A stretch of 64,000 nt of DNA from the human T2T-CHM13v2.0 reference genome, Homo sapiens. A model generated the notes under the pieces. The model had not been told where the DNA came from, ran no database searches, and saw only the letters and a list, made by a program, of their open reading frames with translations. Position numbers and translations under genes: made by a program. The stretch lies in assembly GCF_009914755.1 (NCBI RefSeq), contig NC_060934.1. One strand, written 5' to 3'. Positions 47,283 to 60,879 of the stretch are shown here, one piece after another (the stretch's first letter is position 1; the number at the start of each line of letters is the position of its first letter).

Positions 47283-48989
47283 AAAGTGTTATTTAATATA
47301 GTATTGTAGAATATACATTAAGTACATTATTATGTTACATGTATTATAATGTAACACATTATAATATATTAAAGACATTATTACATTAATACATTACTTA
47401 GTATAGTATTACTTAATACATTAAAATGGTAGCTAAGCTTGAAGAATCCCTGAGCAGACAAACCCAGTTAGACCTCATAAGCAACCTCTCAACCTTGCTT
47501 GCTTTGCAAACATAAACAAAACTTCAGGTATTTTTTGTAAATGCCTATATGAAAGAAAAACAGAACTTTCTTTTTCTTTCCAAATAGGAGTGTTTACTAT
47601 AGTTTTCCTATTCCTGTATCACATTACACACTGAGTGTGTGGGAGAGCAGAGAGATTTAATTTACAAGTTTTAGATCAAGAGAGCATAACCAGATCCCAG
47701 GTTAAGACTTAACACTACAGAATGCTCACATTAGTAATACTCGTCTTATAAAAAGATATACTCTTCACTGTAATTGCTGCAAACAATAAAATACTGTAAA
47801 ATAATATGCAGTGTGTTTGTGAAAGGTCAATAACATGCTTATATTTTTGCTGTTGAAAAACTACACAAAAGCAAATGACTAGAACAGTAGACCAATTAGT
47901 ATCAGTAGAATTATACCATCAAACATTCCACTGAGCTTGAATGTAAGATCTGACATAACCAGATAATTCCATGGCAGGGCAATAAACTGCATTTACATTC
48001 TCTTTCTAACAATTAGTGCAAGCATATCCAGATAAACTATATTGATTCTACATTATCTTAGAGTGAAATCACCTAATAACTTCTTCAGTACTCTTTCTTT
48101 TAATTTTTATCCTAATTATCTGTCTGAAAATGATCTTTTAAATTGGGAAAACTGATTACATTACATCCTTCAGTTCAGAGTAGCATTGGGTAACGACATT
48201 TTGGCTGCAGACAAATCACTCTTTCACAGTCATCAGCTTTTAGAACATTCTTAGACTTTGTTTTCCATCTAAACTTTTCAGTTAATTTTACTCTAACTTT
48301 TAATTGATGTTACTGAGTAGCAAACGAGACTGAAGGACACTGCTTTGTTTTAAAAAAATGAAGAAAGAAAGGCATGTGAATCCTATAAATGTAATTCTAA
48401 TGAAATCAAGATAAAATATAGTGTTTATAGAAAGAAATACAATTATTTCTAATAACTGCTTTCATTTCAAACAATTTTCAACAAGTTAGTGACATAGAAT
48501 AAATACAATTCTAGAAGAATCCAGGATTTTTTTTCTATTGCATTGCTGTTTATTAAATTATAGCTACTTGAAGGCTTTGAAAAATTGAACACCAGTAAAA
48601 CTGTCCTTCTTTTGTTAATATGTTTTGTTTTCTTGTTTCATTTTTAATTCAACTAGTCATTCACCAGAAAAATTTACTGAGGTAAACTTTTTTGATTATC
48701 CTTTCATAGCATTTAACACAAGTGTTATTTGTTGTAGTCTTTTGTATATGAATCTATTAATGCTGAGAAACTGAACATTCCTAGGAGTGTCCTAATAGGA
48801 AATAAAAATTAACAATTTCAACTGTACTGTTACTTAAATAAATATTCATATAGTTTACCTTTCAGTATCATGACAAACACTTTGATTATATAAGAAGGTC
48901 TTTGTATACACATCAAACTACCAAGAAGTCGTATCTGATTTTGTGCTTTTCTACTACTCTTCCCCAAAACACTTGTTCAAAATGTTTAC

Positions 48990-49165
48990 TTTTAAAGGGT
49001 CTGAACTGTGTGTCAAGCACTGACATCAGCATGTTACCTGAATTATCTCATTAAAGTCTTGTGATACTCATGTGGTATTAGCGGTGAAGAAACTGAAGCA
49101 CAGAAGCTTCAAGTAAAATGTCCAGTTTTAGAGAAACTAAACAGTAGAGTCTGGAAGCCCAATTA
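48990..49165 (-). mobile_element. MIR
   Basis: tgtgtgtcaagcactg...attatctcatt...ggtgaagaaactgaagcacagaag. Confidence 0.75.
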
Positions 49166-49849
49166 CTGACCTTGTACAATTGCCCAGTATTGTGTACTGA
49201 CCTAAAAAGGCCTATGAGATATCAACCCATTAAGATCCATGACATAAAGAAAATTGTTTGTCCTACAATATCCCAATCTGGATGAAGGCAGATAAAGAGA
49301 ATGTGCTTAGGCATGATGACAAAAAAATAAGAAAGAACTGTGAATGCACTTTACAAAACAGAAAGGAACACAAGGGAGTTTGGAACCAAGTTGAAAATTA
49401 AACATGTTCATGTGCACATAACAAAAGCGTGATCGTAAATAAACTGTGTCAACACTGTACTGTGAAGGTGAAACTTTCTTTTTAGGATCAGCTAAACCCT
49501 GTATAACTTGTAAAAAAATGCAACCACGTATGTTGATGTACTAAACCCAATATTTCTTTTGGCTTATATACTAAAAGCAGCAATTCTTTCCTGTAATGAA
49601 GAAAAAAACACAGGCATCAAGGAGTAATAAAAATAATGTCTTAGAGTATAAAATACAGAAACACCAATTAAGGCTTTTTTTTAACATAATACATGTAAAA
49701 ACTGCATCAGAATTTTAAAAAAACTATAGCGTCATTGGTTCTGGCAATAAGCAACCACACTCTGCTGGAGGTAACTTTAGTAACGTCAAACAAAAGTCTT
49801 AAAATTATGACAGGTGGTATTCATTTAAAATATGCTCAAGAGCTATTAG

Positions 49850-50062
49850 AAATCAAGAACACAGTATCTGGACCCTTGATTTGAATCCACACTCAATCTC
49901 TTTCTAACTGGGAAATTTTGGACAAAGTTTTAAACTTTCCTGAACATAAAATGCCTAGCTTGCAATAACTTTAGAAAATACTAGGAGTTTGTAAAGTTAC
50001 GAGAATCAAATTAGTTAATAAATGTAATGTACTTAAAGTAATAACTGGCACAAAATAATTAT
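49850..50062 (+). mobile_element. MIR
   Basis: gatttgaatcc...ttggacaaag...aaatgtaatgtacttaaagtaataactggcaca. Confidence 0.7.
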
Positions 50063-51806
50063 AATTCATTATTATTTTTCAATATCTAAATTCTCTAGCT
50101 TGTAGCTATTTTGAGCATATTTGAAAATTTCTAATATGTGTTTTTGATTACTTATCATGTAGAAAAATATAGCTTTCCAGATGAAAATGTAGTATCCAAT
50201 GTAGAAGTCACATATAATATTTATTAAACTGGAATGCTATCATTTTAAATTATTTTGAAGCTCATTAAAGTAAGTCTGCACTGGCCAACTTTTTATTTAT
50301 TAATTAAATTTTTGCCTAGCACAGTTAATCTCCTTTTCTAAGACTTAATTCCCAAACCTATAGTCTTTCTTTTCCCATTTGGAGATGGGTAGGAGTACTA
50401 TTCCTTTCTTGCCCAACCCTTCCTCTATTTTCATTATAATAACCAGTATGCCCTTGCCTAAGCATATGCCCCCAGTTAATAATACAGATTCACTGTACTG
50501 TTTCACCAAATTTAACCCGTTATTTTTGGAAATAGGATGTTTAAAAATGGGTTTGTTATTCCTTAATACATGCCAAATGTCATCAGTATATTGTGGTCCA
50601 GATGTATTCTAAATACCAATTGAAAAACATTCTTAAAGCTAAGAACACATGACATATTTCACAAAGTGAATAACTGTGAGAAGCTTGGGAATTGTAAGCA
50701 TTCTTGAAAAACTATTTTTTTTTTTGCATGTGTGTTACAAGCATTTGCACAGGTTATATATTTTATAGCTCTAGTTATAAAAATAGAGAATAGATTATAT
50801 TCCCTCACATTTGTACAAAATGGTCAGCAAGAATACACATCTACAGAAGTTTAAAGTATTTACTCTTTTTTTAGTTAATACATGTTTCAGAACCTTAAAG
50901 AGAGCAAATCATAATGCCCATTGATTATAATGTCACATTTTAGTTATTACATTATTACATTTACTTATTATAACTTTTAGAATTTTAGGAGGAAAACAAT
51001 AATTCTGAGTGGAAATTTGAATATTTGCACCCTAAAAATTTTCAATTCCATTTTCAATAATGTAGTAGAATGTTTCCTAGAGACATAAGACAATTAAAAA
51101 TATGAAGTACTAGGTTTTCAAGTATATTGCAAAGCCATAAATAATATATAATCTAGCAGTGGTACAATAATTAATATATTATTTTTCAATTATATTAAGT
51201 TTTAAGAACTCAATGCTCCTAAAATTTTTAAATAATACTATATAAAATACAACTCAAATGATATCAGCTCAAATTCATGTATACCTCTTTGCAGCTAAAG
51301 TCTTTTAAAATTAAAAATAATTTAAAATTTTGTCATACATTTATGAACCCATTTTAAAGAACATAACATGTCATGCAAATGTTAATTTAATACATAATGC
51401 ATTAGTAAAAACTGTTCTGAATATATATATATTATGTTTATGTTAGAAAACCATTTTTAAACAGGAATTAGATTCTATTGATTCATCAAATTATTAATCA
51501 CAACATTGCTAAACTCAATTTTTACTCTCCTAAGCATATTGGAATCTAGGAGAATGTACAGTAGAGATAATAATATGAATAGAATTTAACTTATATGTTT
51601 TAGCAAAGAAGAAATAAAAACTGGAAAATTATGGGTTTCTAACATGTCTATTTGTTAGTTGTCCTTTTAAAAATTTCTTTATAGAAGCATTTTGAGTGAA
51701 GCCCACAGATTATTTAATAATTTATTAATTATTCAAAAAAGTCTGTCCTTGTTGGCAATGTGGAAAACCACACTGCCAACAGAGCAATGGTCCCCGCACC
51801 CCAGAG

Positions 51807-52179
51807 CAGGGGTCCCCCACCCCAGGGGCTGCAGACCAGTTACCTGTTCATGGCCTGTTAGGAACTGGGCCTCACAGCAGGTGGTGACCTGCGGGAAAGG
51901 TAATGGTGGGTGGCATTACCACCTGAGCTCCACCTCCTGTCAGAACTCAGAGCGGCATTAGATTCACATAGGACCAGGAACCCTATGGTTAGCTGCGCAT
52001 GTGAGGGATATAGGTTGCACACTCCTTATGAGAATCTAAAACTAATTCCTGATGATGTGAAGTGGAAGAGTTTCACATAACCCCCATCCCCACAATCCAC
52101 TCACCCAGCCATCCCTGGTCTGTGAAAAATTTTCTTCCACAAAACTGGTCCCTGGTGCCAAAAAGTTTGAGGACTGCTG
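51807..52179. mobile_element. MER1B hAT-Charlie DNA transposon
   Basis: caggggtcccc...ggcctgttaggaac...ctccttatgagaatctaa...ggtccctggtgccaaaaagtttgaggactgctg. Confidence 0.9.
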
Positions 52180-52371
52180 TGTTAAGGTGAAAAAGGGTAC
52201 ATGTGGTAATTACAAAAAAAAAAGTTCAATAAATATAGGAAAAAACTCTAACATCATATGTATATGTGGACATATATACTAACATATACATGATTTTCTG
52301 ATTTGAAGAATGTATAAAAAATGAGGAAACGACATTGAAACCCTTTTTAAAGATCATTCATAGTTAAATAT

Positions 52372-52560
52372 AAATATACTCTCGTTCTCTCTATATATAT
52401 ATTTATATATGTATATATAATAAATATTTATATATGTATATATAATATATATATAAATTGTATATATAATGTATATATAATATATATAAATTATATATAA
52501 TGTATATATATTATATATATCTATAAATATATATATTATATATATTATATATATATACAT
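52372..52560. repeat. TA-rich low-complexity tract
   Basis: Directly visible; lies within the TSD-bounded Alu monomer insertion. Confidence 0.9.
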
Positions 52561-52680
52561 TTTATGTAGACAGGGTCTCACTATGCTGCCCAGGCTGGTC
52601 TTAAACTCTAGCTCAAGTGATCTGCCAGCCTAGGCCTCCCAAAGTGCTGGGATTACGGGCATAAGCCACTGCGCCTGGCC
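52561..52680 (-). mobile_element. Alu left monomer (FLAM-C/AluJ-like)
   Basis: gtagacagggtctcactatgctgcccaggctggtc...ctcaagtgatc...gcgcctggcc; TSD ca(t/c)agttaaatat at 52359-52371 and 52681-52693. Confidence 0.88.
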
Positions 52681-53347
52681 CACAGTTAAATATCTTAAGT
52701 CAAAACTGATAATTGTACTTCCTTTCACTTCTTCTCTTCATTCTTGAAAGGAATTCAACACTGAAAAAGAGGTGGAGACCTAACTGAGGCATTCACAAAT
52801 AAGAACTTTAGAAAAATGAAAAAACATAGTTATATAAATCATTTCTAATGATTTGTTCATCTTCAAAACATAGGCCAATATTTCTATTTTACCCAACTTT
52901 ACTCAGCTGTAGGATGCAGTCCAGAAACATCTTAGTGTAAGAGTATTTTTCATAAAATGTAAGATATTTTATTTAAATTGAATGGCTGATCAACCATAAG
53001 AATTCCACTGTAAAGTAACCAAAGAAGTACAATTCTTAGAAGACTATCATGAAATAGTTTTATGAATTAAAGAAAAAGTAATCACTTCTCACCAGGAATC
53101 AAACTTTTAGTTGGCATAGCATAAAATAATTTCTCACACTGGCAAAAGAAAAACCTCCAGAAACTGCAGGCAAATGTCCTCTCCCCACTCCCACTCCTAA
53201 ATAAAATACGGGCTGGACCGAGGCATTATGATTTCTCCTGCCTCTTGGATTTGCTCTCTGTACCACAGAGCTGTCTTCTAGTCTAATCCCACTCATAAAA
53301 CTGAGCAAATGGCATACCAAGAAATGGCATACCAAGACAGAGCATCT

Positions 53348-53495
53348 AACATGTGTTTGACATTTCTGAAGCATCTCAAGTCCCTGGATTCCGCCTCCTG
53401 TTTTCCATATTTTCAGACATGTTCTCGAACATGTGTTTGACCTTTCCAAAGTATCGCTAGTCCCTGGATTCCACCTCCTGCTCTATATATTTTTT
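53348..53495. repeat. Diverged tandem duplication, period 80 bp
   Basis: aacatgtgtttgac...agtccctggattcc(g/a)cctcctg at 53348 and 53428. Confidence 0.88.
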
Positions 53496-56400
53496 AACGT
53501 TAATGTCCTATTCTCATTGTTAAAATGTGAGTTTCTACACAAGTTATTTCTTATTTGTACCCGAAGACTTTGAATAGGCTCTGGCACTCCCAGACACAGG
53601 ATATCAAACAGATTCAGGCCTTAACTAGGTCGTAGGACTGGACTTACATACAAGTGGCTGTGGTTTGTGAGACTAGGTTGTAGTGGTTTTTTTGTTGTTG
53701 TTTTGTTTTTTCATTTTGTCTAAGGACTTGAAAACCTTCAGGGGAGACGTGTGTTAAGATTTGTCTTCTTCTAGTGATCTTCTTTTAAAACACAAATCAA
53801 TCCTGTTAAGGAATCCATTAAATCACTATTAGTGTGAATGGATTTTTTTAGGTAGTATGGATGAATTCAATGTAAATGCAAATGTAGTATGTGGAAGAAG
53901 AGCCATTCTCATTCTATGAACATAGGACAGGGATGAGAATATATATAACACTATAGTTAATGAAAAATATATATTTCTGATTTATGTGAAATCAATTCAA
54001 GAGATTATATATACATATTCTATAGATATAATATGATTTTCATCAGAGCACAGAGGATGAAGAGAGAAGAGAAAAGATAGGAGTGGTGGCTACTAGATCC
54101 TCTTGGGGGATTATTTTGAAAAAGGCAGTCTTTGGCAATAAATGGGCACTAACACCTTCTAATAGATATCCATTGGCTTGAAGAAAAAAAGTGTCAGAAA
54201 ATTTATCATTGGAGAAAAGTCAATGTTTCCATTAGTATTAATGTAGCTAAAGATGGCTCAAGGGTAAAATTATTCAAAATACTATGCATCACAATAGTGG
54301 CATCCTGTGGACTACTCTCTCTCTCACCCTATGGGGAAAGGGGCTATGTGAAAAGAAAATGAATTTCTAGAGCAGCAAAACAAAATTCTTTATATTTTTT
54401 TACATAGAAATTTATTGTGTTTGCCATCAGTTGTGTAATTATTTTACAAAGAAGCCCTTGAACTGTGGCAGAAATTCTGGATGCTCTGTCACTATGTGTC
54501 AATCTCAATATATCAATCATAATGCCTGTGATTTGTGGTTAATATGAAGCAAAAACAAACTTCTCTTAGGTTAAGTTTATTTTCCGAGAATTAAACTAGT
54601 TTCCTAATTTTTTCCCCAGGGTTCCGAATTCTTAGTGTAACACCAACCAAATATCAAAAGAGATTATTAGAGCTTCAATAAAAAAAATTAAAGAATAAGC
54701 TTATAATTCACATTATTCCATTACATGCATTATTAGAGAGGACGTTTCATTAAAGCATGCAAGCTGCATTTTTTTTTAATTTCGACATGTAGATAGTTTA
54801 AACTAGAAGCCACCCGACACTTTGATATAGCATAAGACAACTGGGAAATGTCAGTTGACTAAAGTGGTTATTTAAAGAAAATAAGCAAATACAATATTCT
54901 TTTTGTCTATTGATATGTGATGCTGCACTGTTATTGGGCAAACTTTTTAATTAATAGAAAACTCTAATGCTTATGATGACAAAAACATGTTCTGTAAAAT
55001 AGCACTGTATATGAAAATAGTACAAAAGGGGGAAATTAGAACTCTGACACCACAGTGTCAATGAACATCACACAGATTGAAGACCACAGTAATGAATGAC
55101 CAACATCTTTAGGCTGGAAAGAGTGGGAAAAATTAAGAATTTCATGGAGATGTTATTTTCAAAAATAGACTCAATAAAATAACCAGACTCACCATTGGGT
55201 TCAGAACGTGATCAATCATCTCTTTCACTTTTATGTTACCTTTGTGAAGTTTTATTAATGGAAATGAAGAAATTTACTAGAAAAAAAATGATTGTAGGCA
55301 CTGTTAAATTTACTTTCTCTTTGTATAATTTCGTGAAAGTGACCTGAACTGCTTTGCATTTGTAGGGAAAAAGATAAATATGTAAATATATGAAATTAAA
55401 AGGTGAGAATAAATTTAAAAAGTTTTTCTCTCTCCAGTGAGAAAGTGATAATCATAATGTTTAGTTAAAGCTATCATCTAACCAAAGCCATCAGTACACT
55501 GATTTTTTTTTAACTTAAGATTTTAATAATGCTGAAGCATTTCTGTCACCTCAGTATTAGTGCTTCCTGGTTTAAATCTCAAAGGGCCACCATCCAAGGC
55601 TGCAAATATACAAATGATAAAATTTTGGTATTTGAGAATACCCATCTTCTAATAGGACAGCCATGACAATAATAATGGCATTGATAGAAGAAAACAAGAA
55701 AATTTCAAAAAGATAAATACTAGGGAAAGTTTTTAGATTAACATGCAAGTATGACACCCTCCCTCACAAAAATCAAGTTCATTAACACTAAGCCTGTAAA
55801 TTTCATAGAATACTTCTTGAACTAGCAGAACTGGAATCACCCATCCTGTTAGATATGCAATTAATTGGACCCTCTTGAAACAGTATCTTGTGTGTTAGGA
55901 GTTGTAAATCTCAATTGTTAAGCATCTTCAGGCACTAAACTTTGAGAAAAACTGTTCTAGAGCCTGGAACTAAACAGTTTATTTGAAAGTCAATAGTTAC
56001 AAATGAGATCTGTTCTTCCCTCCTTGGGATTCTAAAGTCTTTTCAAAGCATTTACCAAGCAAAGAATCTGCCCTTTGAGATAAACCTGCTCATGCAGATT
56101 TAAGATAAGGTTGATTTCCGCTGAAGATAATCCATCTTCTACACACACACTCTCTCTCATACACACACCTCTCAGATTTTTGTTTTATTTCCTCCTCTTC
56201 TACACTGTCCTAATTCTCCTTAAGTACTGTCCATCTTCCTAATTTAGTCCTACTCTCACCACTTTCGTGGTACTCTGGTCTCCCTATACTCTCCATGTCC
56301 TCCAACACACCTGGCTCAGCAGGAAGCCTAGGCATACGTAGTATATACCCAGGAAATGTATAAACTATACTGTCAGAGGATTAATTTATTTTAATTCAGG

Positions 56401-56504
56401 GCAACCCAACTGTGAGCTGCCCTAAGAGAAAGAATACAAGTAACAAGGGCCATTGCACAGAGGGAGATTTAAGTTCAGACTGGAAGCTACAAGTGTACAG
56501 AAGC

Positions 56505-56593
56505 AAGAGAGAGAGAAAGAGAGAGAGAGAGAATAAATAAATAAATAAATAAATAAAATAAAAAAGCAAGCAAGCACAAAGCAGCAGCAGCAG
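56505..56593. repeat. Compound (GA)(AAAT)(AAGC)(GCA) microsatellite
   Basis: Directly visible. Confidence 0.88.
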
Positions 56594-57989
56594 TTCAAGT
56601 TCCAGATTCCACTAGTTGCAGTTTAATGTAAAGGGATCCTTGCAGAGGAGAGATGGTAATGTTAGTAAGGCCAGATCTTGGATCTTGCCTCCCACTGCTT
56701 TATAGGATATCCCGAAATCTACAGCACGCATGTGTGAAAAAGTGGATAAAACCGTCTAATATTATTCTATTCCCACAAATGAGATCAGAAATAAAATGTA
56801 CAGTAGTGTCTTTATGGAACCAAGTATTTCAAGATCTGAATACTAACGGGTTCATTTATTTCACTGATTACTGTATGTAGATATGAAATTCCAGGCACTG
56901 ATTTTTCATTAAACCACTCTCTTAAGGTTAACTTGCCGCTCTCTTTACACCTATGAATCCATATGCTTGCCACGTAAATTGTAATATTGATTTTTAACAT
57001 TTCCCCACAGTTCAAAAATATTGTTTGCCAAAAATCAAGGGCCTTTTCTAACAATTCATGTAATTCCTGTTATTAGCTAATGTGTAAGAGTTGGGAACAA
57101 TTAAACATACTGTATACAAAATCTTACCATGCTGAATTGCACCCAAGATACTAGTTCAGTCATCCTTCAAATTACCTCACAACTAAAAAGGATCAGATAC
57201 TTAAATAAAAACTTTAGGCAAGGTAGGAAAGAAGTCTTTTATCATCCCTGTATATTGCAAAAGTGTTCCATTCTCTCTAAATTCACATTATATTTATTAA
57301 TGAGCAGCACATGGAAAGAAAGAAAATGAGAGAGAGAGAAAGAAGGAAGGAGAGAAGGAAGAGAAGATAAAGAAGGAAAGAAGTCAGGATGGTAGGAAAG
57401 TGAGAGACAGAAAGAGAGCTAGAGCTAGAGATAACGATGAGAGAGATAAAGGAGAGAAACTCTAATGTCTTTGATATCCTCCAACTTAAAAGAGAAGGAT
57501 GTAACCCCCCACCCCCTCCCCGTTTACATATAATGGAACAAGCCAAGTCTCCATTCACTACATGTGGACATTAAGAAAACTTGCATGGGGAAAACTTTTG
57601 GGGGGAAATGAAGGTGATTTCTGAGCTGCTACTGCAGTTGTATATGACACTGACATTTATTTCCCATAATTCTTGCCCACAGGAAACACAACCTTTAAGA
57701 AACTGAATAAAATCAAGTTGGACATTCTCAAAATCTGCAAGGTATCAACTTCCCCGAGAAGCTCACATTCCCCCAACACAAACACATACATGTAAGGAGC
57801 GAGACATTCAGGCGATGAGCTGTGAAAGGTACTTCCACCTTGTGAGGGTGCCACGGATTTGGTTGTTCCTGAACCTGAATCTGAAAAGCGGGGGTGGGGT
57901 GTGCGATGACAAATGAGGGTGAGAAGAATGTTTCCATGAAACCAGAAACCCTTTTGGAATCTGGGCTGAGAATCAGGATCCCACCCCCT

Positions 57990-59150
57990 TGCCTACCTCC
58001 AGGCTCCAGTAAGCAACCGCTGGCGTCCTCCCCTCTGCTCCTTCAGCAGCAGCGGACGTAGGGATCCCGAGCAGCCACGGAGCTTAGGTCCCGCAGAGAG
58101 CTCCTGCCAAGCGCTTCTCTCTCGACTAGTTACCAATTGAGAAAAAAAAGGGTCAGAGACACACAAGGATGGTGATCAAAATCCAGTGTCAGGCACCAGG
58201 GTCCCAGAAGGTTCCGGCTCCTCTTCTGCGCCTTACCCAGCTCTTTTCGTCTGGCAAAGGGTCACCCAGCGAGCCCCCAGCAGCAGATCCTTCCCTTTTG
58301 CTCCTCCTGATAGCGCCAATCTTCGCCGCCACTGCCACACTGCGCGCCCGCTATCCACTCACCGCACAGCGAGAAGGCCTGGCGGAGATAGCGCGGGGGG
58401 AGGAGGGTGGATTAAAAGGATAGATTTTTGGAAGGGTAAGGGAGAAAAACTTTGATGTTGTAACCACACACAGGACTGAGAAGAAACCAAAACAAGTTGC
58501 AGCTTCAGGAGCGGGGAGGACGCTTTTCGGGGTAAAAAAAAAAATCACCCCCTACCAAAATCAGGGGGAGGAAGCTCCCTGCTCCTTGAGCGATCACCCA
58601 GAGCACCTCGCAATCTCTGATCTTCGAACCCACTGAAAAAGCACAGGGCATGGGGAGTCCTGTTGGTTCATGCCCGGGGTACGAATACCAAAAGCGCCTC
58701 CCGCTGGAGAGGCTGCGGGGAACTCGAGGCAAAGACAGAGGCAAACGCAACGCTGGGAAGAGTGAGGGGAGTCCGAGCTGCCGCCTGCAAAAGCAGAGAC
58801 GCGTCGCCCTTCGGGCAAAGTGACTGCTACAAAGTCCGTTCCCTCCTGCGCAGGGACAGAGACATTTAAAGGCCTGAATGGACGTCAGCACCAGTCGAGC
58901 TCGCTGGGTGAGCGCCAGGTCTCCCCGCCCCACGGATTGTAGCGCGCACAGGGCGATCTGCTGCTCGCGAGGTAGAGTGGCTTACTTGGGGAGAAAACAG
59001 AGCTGGTGGCGCTGCGGAGTGTCAAACCCTGGAGCCCATCGTCAAGACGTTATACTGGTGGCAGTTCTGCTGTGAGTGCACTTGCCGAATTAAAAAGAGC
59101 CAGAGCTGCGTGGAGAGGGGTCTGGCCACTCTGCGCGCGCGCACCCAGTA
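57990..59150. promoter_or_regulatory. PCDH15: CpG island 1, probable promoter/first exon (likely distal PCDH15 5' end, minus strand)
   Basis: Sharp GC/CpG rise; GC box ccccgcccc at 58923, gacgtca at 58881, ctcgcgag at 58964, tgcgcgcgcgca at 59132; minus-strand splice donors at 58236 and 58362. Gene assignment rests on recalled proximity to MTRNR2L5 only. Confidence 0.6.
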
Positions 59151-59769
59151 TTGGGTTACCAAGGAGCTCAACACCTGGTTTTTAGAAAGAAAAAAAAAAA
59201 AAACACTTTCTCTTTAGCTCTGGTTTGAGTAGGTATTCTGATTCGTTTCTCAAGGTTAGTTGAAATCCATCGAGATGTCTTTTACAAGAAAGGGATTAGA
59301 CTTTCCTGTCTTGAAATTCCAATCAAGATAATACTCAATCTTTCCTTAACCCCCACTGTCTACTTCCTAACTCAGAGTCACAGTGGATGAAAGTATTCAA
59401 ATGTCTTCAAATGACCATTACCCTGCATTCTAAGACGATTTGCATACTTAGACGCCCTTTAGTAACTTTAAGAGCCTTTGCACAAGGAAGTTGTATTTCT
59501 TATATTAATACCCTTCTATAAGTGATATTTTCTGAGGATTCTGCAACTATTTCCAGATAGACAATGAAGAATTAAATTCTAAAACTCAGAAATATAATGG
59601 AAAGTGGATTTATTTTTTCCTGTCTAAAGTGATCAATTATGTTTCCAACTTATTTTTACGTTTTTGCATGGTATATCAGCTATTACTTAAAGCCACAGTA
59701 TCAAACAGAGGTGGAAAAAAACGGAATTCACATTACTGTGGTCCTTTCCTACAATTCCTTTGAGGAAAT

Positions 59770-59771
<2 letters not shown>

Positions 59772-59803
<32 letters not shown>
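59772..59803. repeat. (GT)n microsatellite
   Basis: Directly visible. Confidence 0.95.
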
Positions 59804-59805
<2 letters not shown>

Positions 59806-60052
59806 TATCTGTATATCATATGTATATATAAAATATTGTCTGTGCTATTAGGAGCCCAGGTTCTGTGCTGAGCACCTTGAGACTTGTTGTGTAGGAAGTA
59901 GTGAAGAATCGGTAAACAGAATAGAGAATCTCAAGACCAAAGGAACCCGTGAAAGGCAGTTATAGCTGTACGTTTTTTCCTTGTTTAGTTCCAGCCTAAC
60001 CAAGGTAGGGTCTTCCTTGCTTAGTCACTTGAAGCCTTTCAACAGTGACATC

Positions 60053-60155
60053 AGCTTAACTTAATAATTCCACACTGCATACAAATATCAAAACATCAGA
60101 ATGTATCCCATAACTATATAACAGTTATGATTTGTCAAATAAAAATAGTATTTTT
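60053..60155 (+). mobile_element. L1MA extreme 3' end fragment
   Basis: attccacactgcatacaaatatcaaaacatca...tgatttgtcaaataaaaat; flanking agtgacat repeat may be a TSD. Confidence 0.7.
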
Positions 60156-60879
60156 AAAGTGACATAAACACAAATTCTGCCAGACAGCAGGGTCCATATT
60201 TATTCATTTTTGCACAACTGCCCAGCGGCCCTCCCTCTAGCGGCGGTCAAGGAGTCTGTCTCTCTCTTTCACTTGGTGTGTGTGCGCTGGCGCGTTTATG
60301 TTGGGAAGGTTGATCACTAAGAGAGCTTACAAATATCTGTAGGCTCTCCTGTGTAACCTCCTTCTCTTCCTAGCCAGGGCCATTCACCGGTAGGCTCTCA
60401 GGCGCCACTTCTAGAGCATCCTCTGATGTTGGTCCTGAACTGGGAGAGTCTGACCAAACTTGACGAAGAGGACTGTCAAAAGGCGTTAGAAACTTCGGAA
60501 ACTGGCAACAGTTACGGCATTTTTGCTCTGCGAAGAATACGCCCAGAAGGTTCAGAAAGAAGTCGGGAGTGGGGATGGGGAGAAAAACATTGAAGGGCTA
60601 TGGAAAAGCGTCAATAACATAAACTGACTTTAATTTTTCTTCATAGAAATGTTTCCGGTGAAATTTTCTAAGAAATCAGGGGACAGTTAATTTGCTTGGT
60701 TGACGCTCACACTCCTTGCTCTCACTAGGTCTCAGGTCTTCCAAGCCTAGCACTCTGTCAAAATGCTTTCGGGTTGAGGGGGAGGGCTTTCCTGGATTCC
60801 GCGACCACAACCCACCACCCCAAACCCCACTTCCCATGTCCTTGATTTTTGAGGCTTTTTGGGAGGGCATGATTTCAGG

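Noticed and set aside
53812-53844. Imperfect hairpin aatccatt...aatggatt
   Set aside because: Short, AT-rich, interrupted stem.
58042-58060. REST/RE1-like ttcagcagcagcggacg
   Set aside because: Wrong spacing and mismatches in both half-sites.
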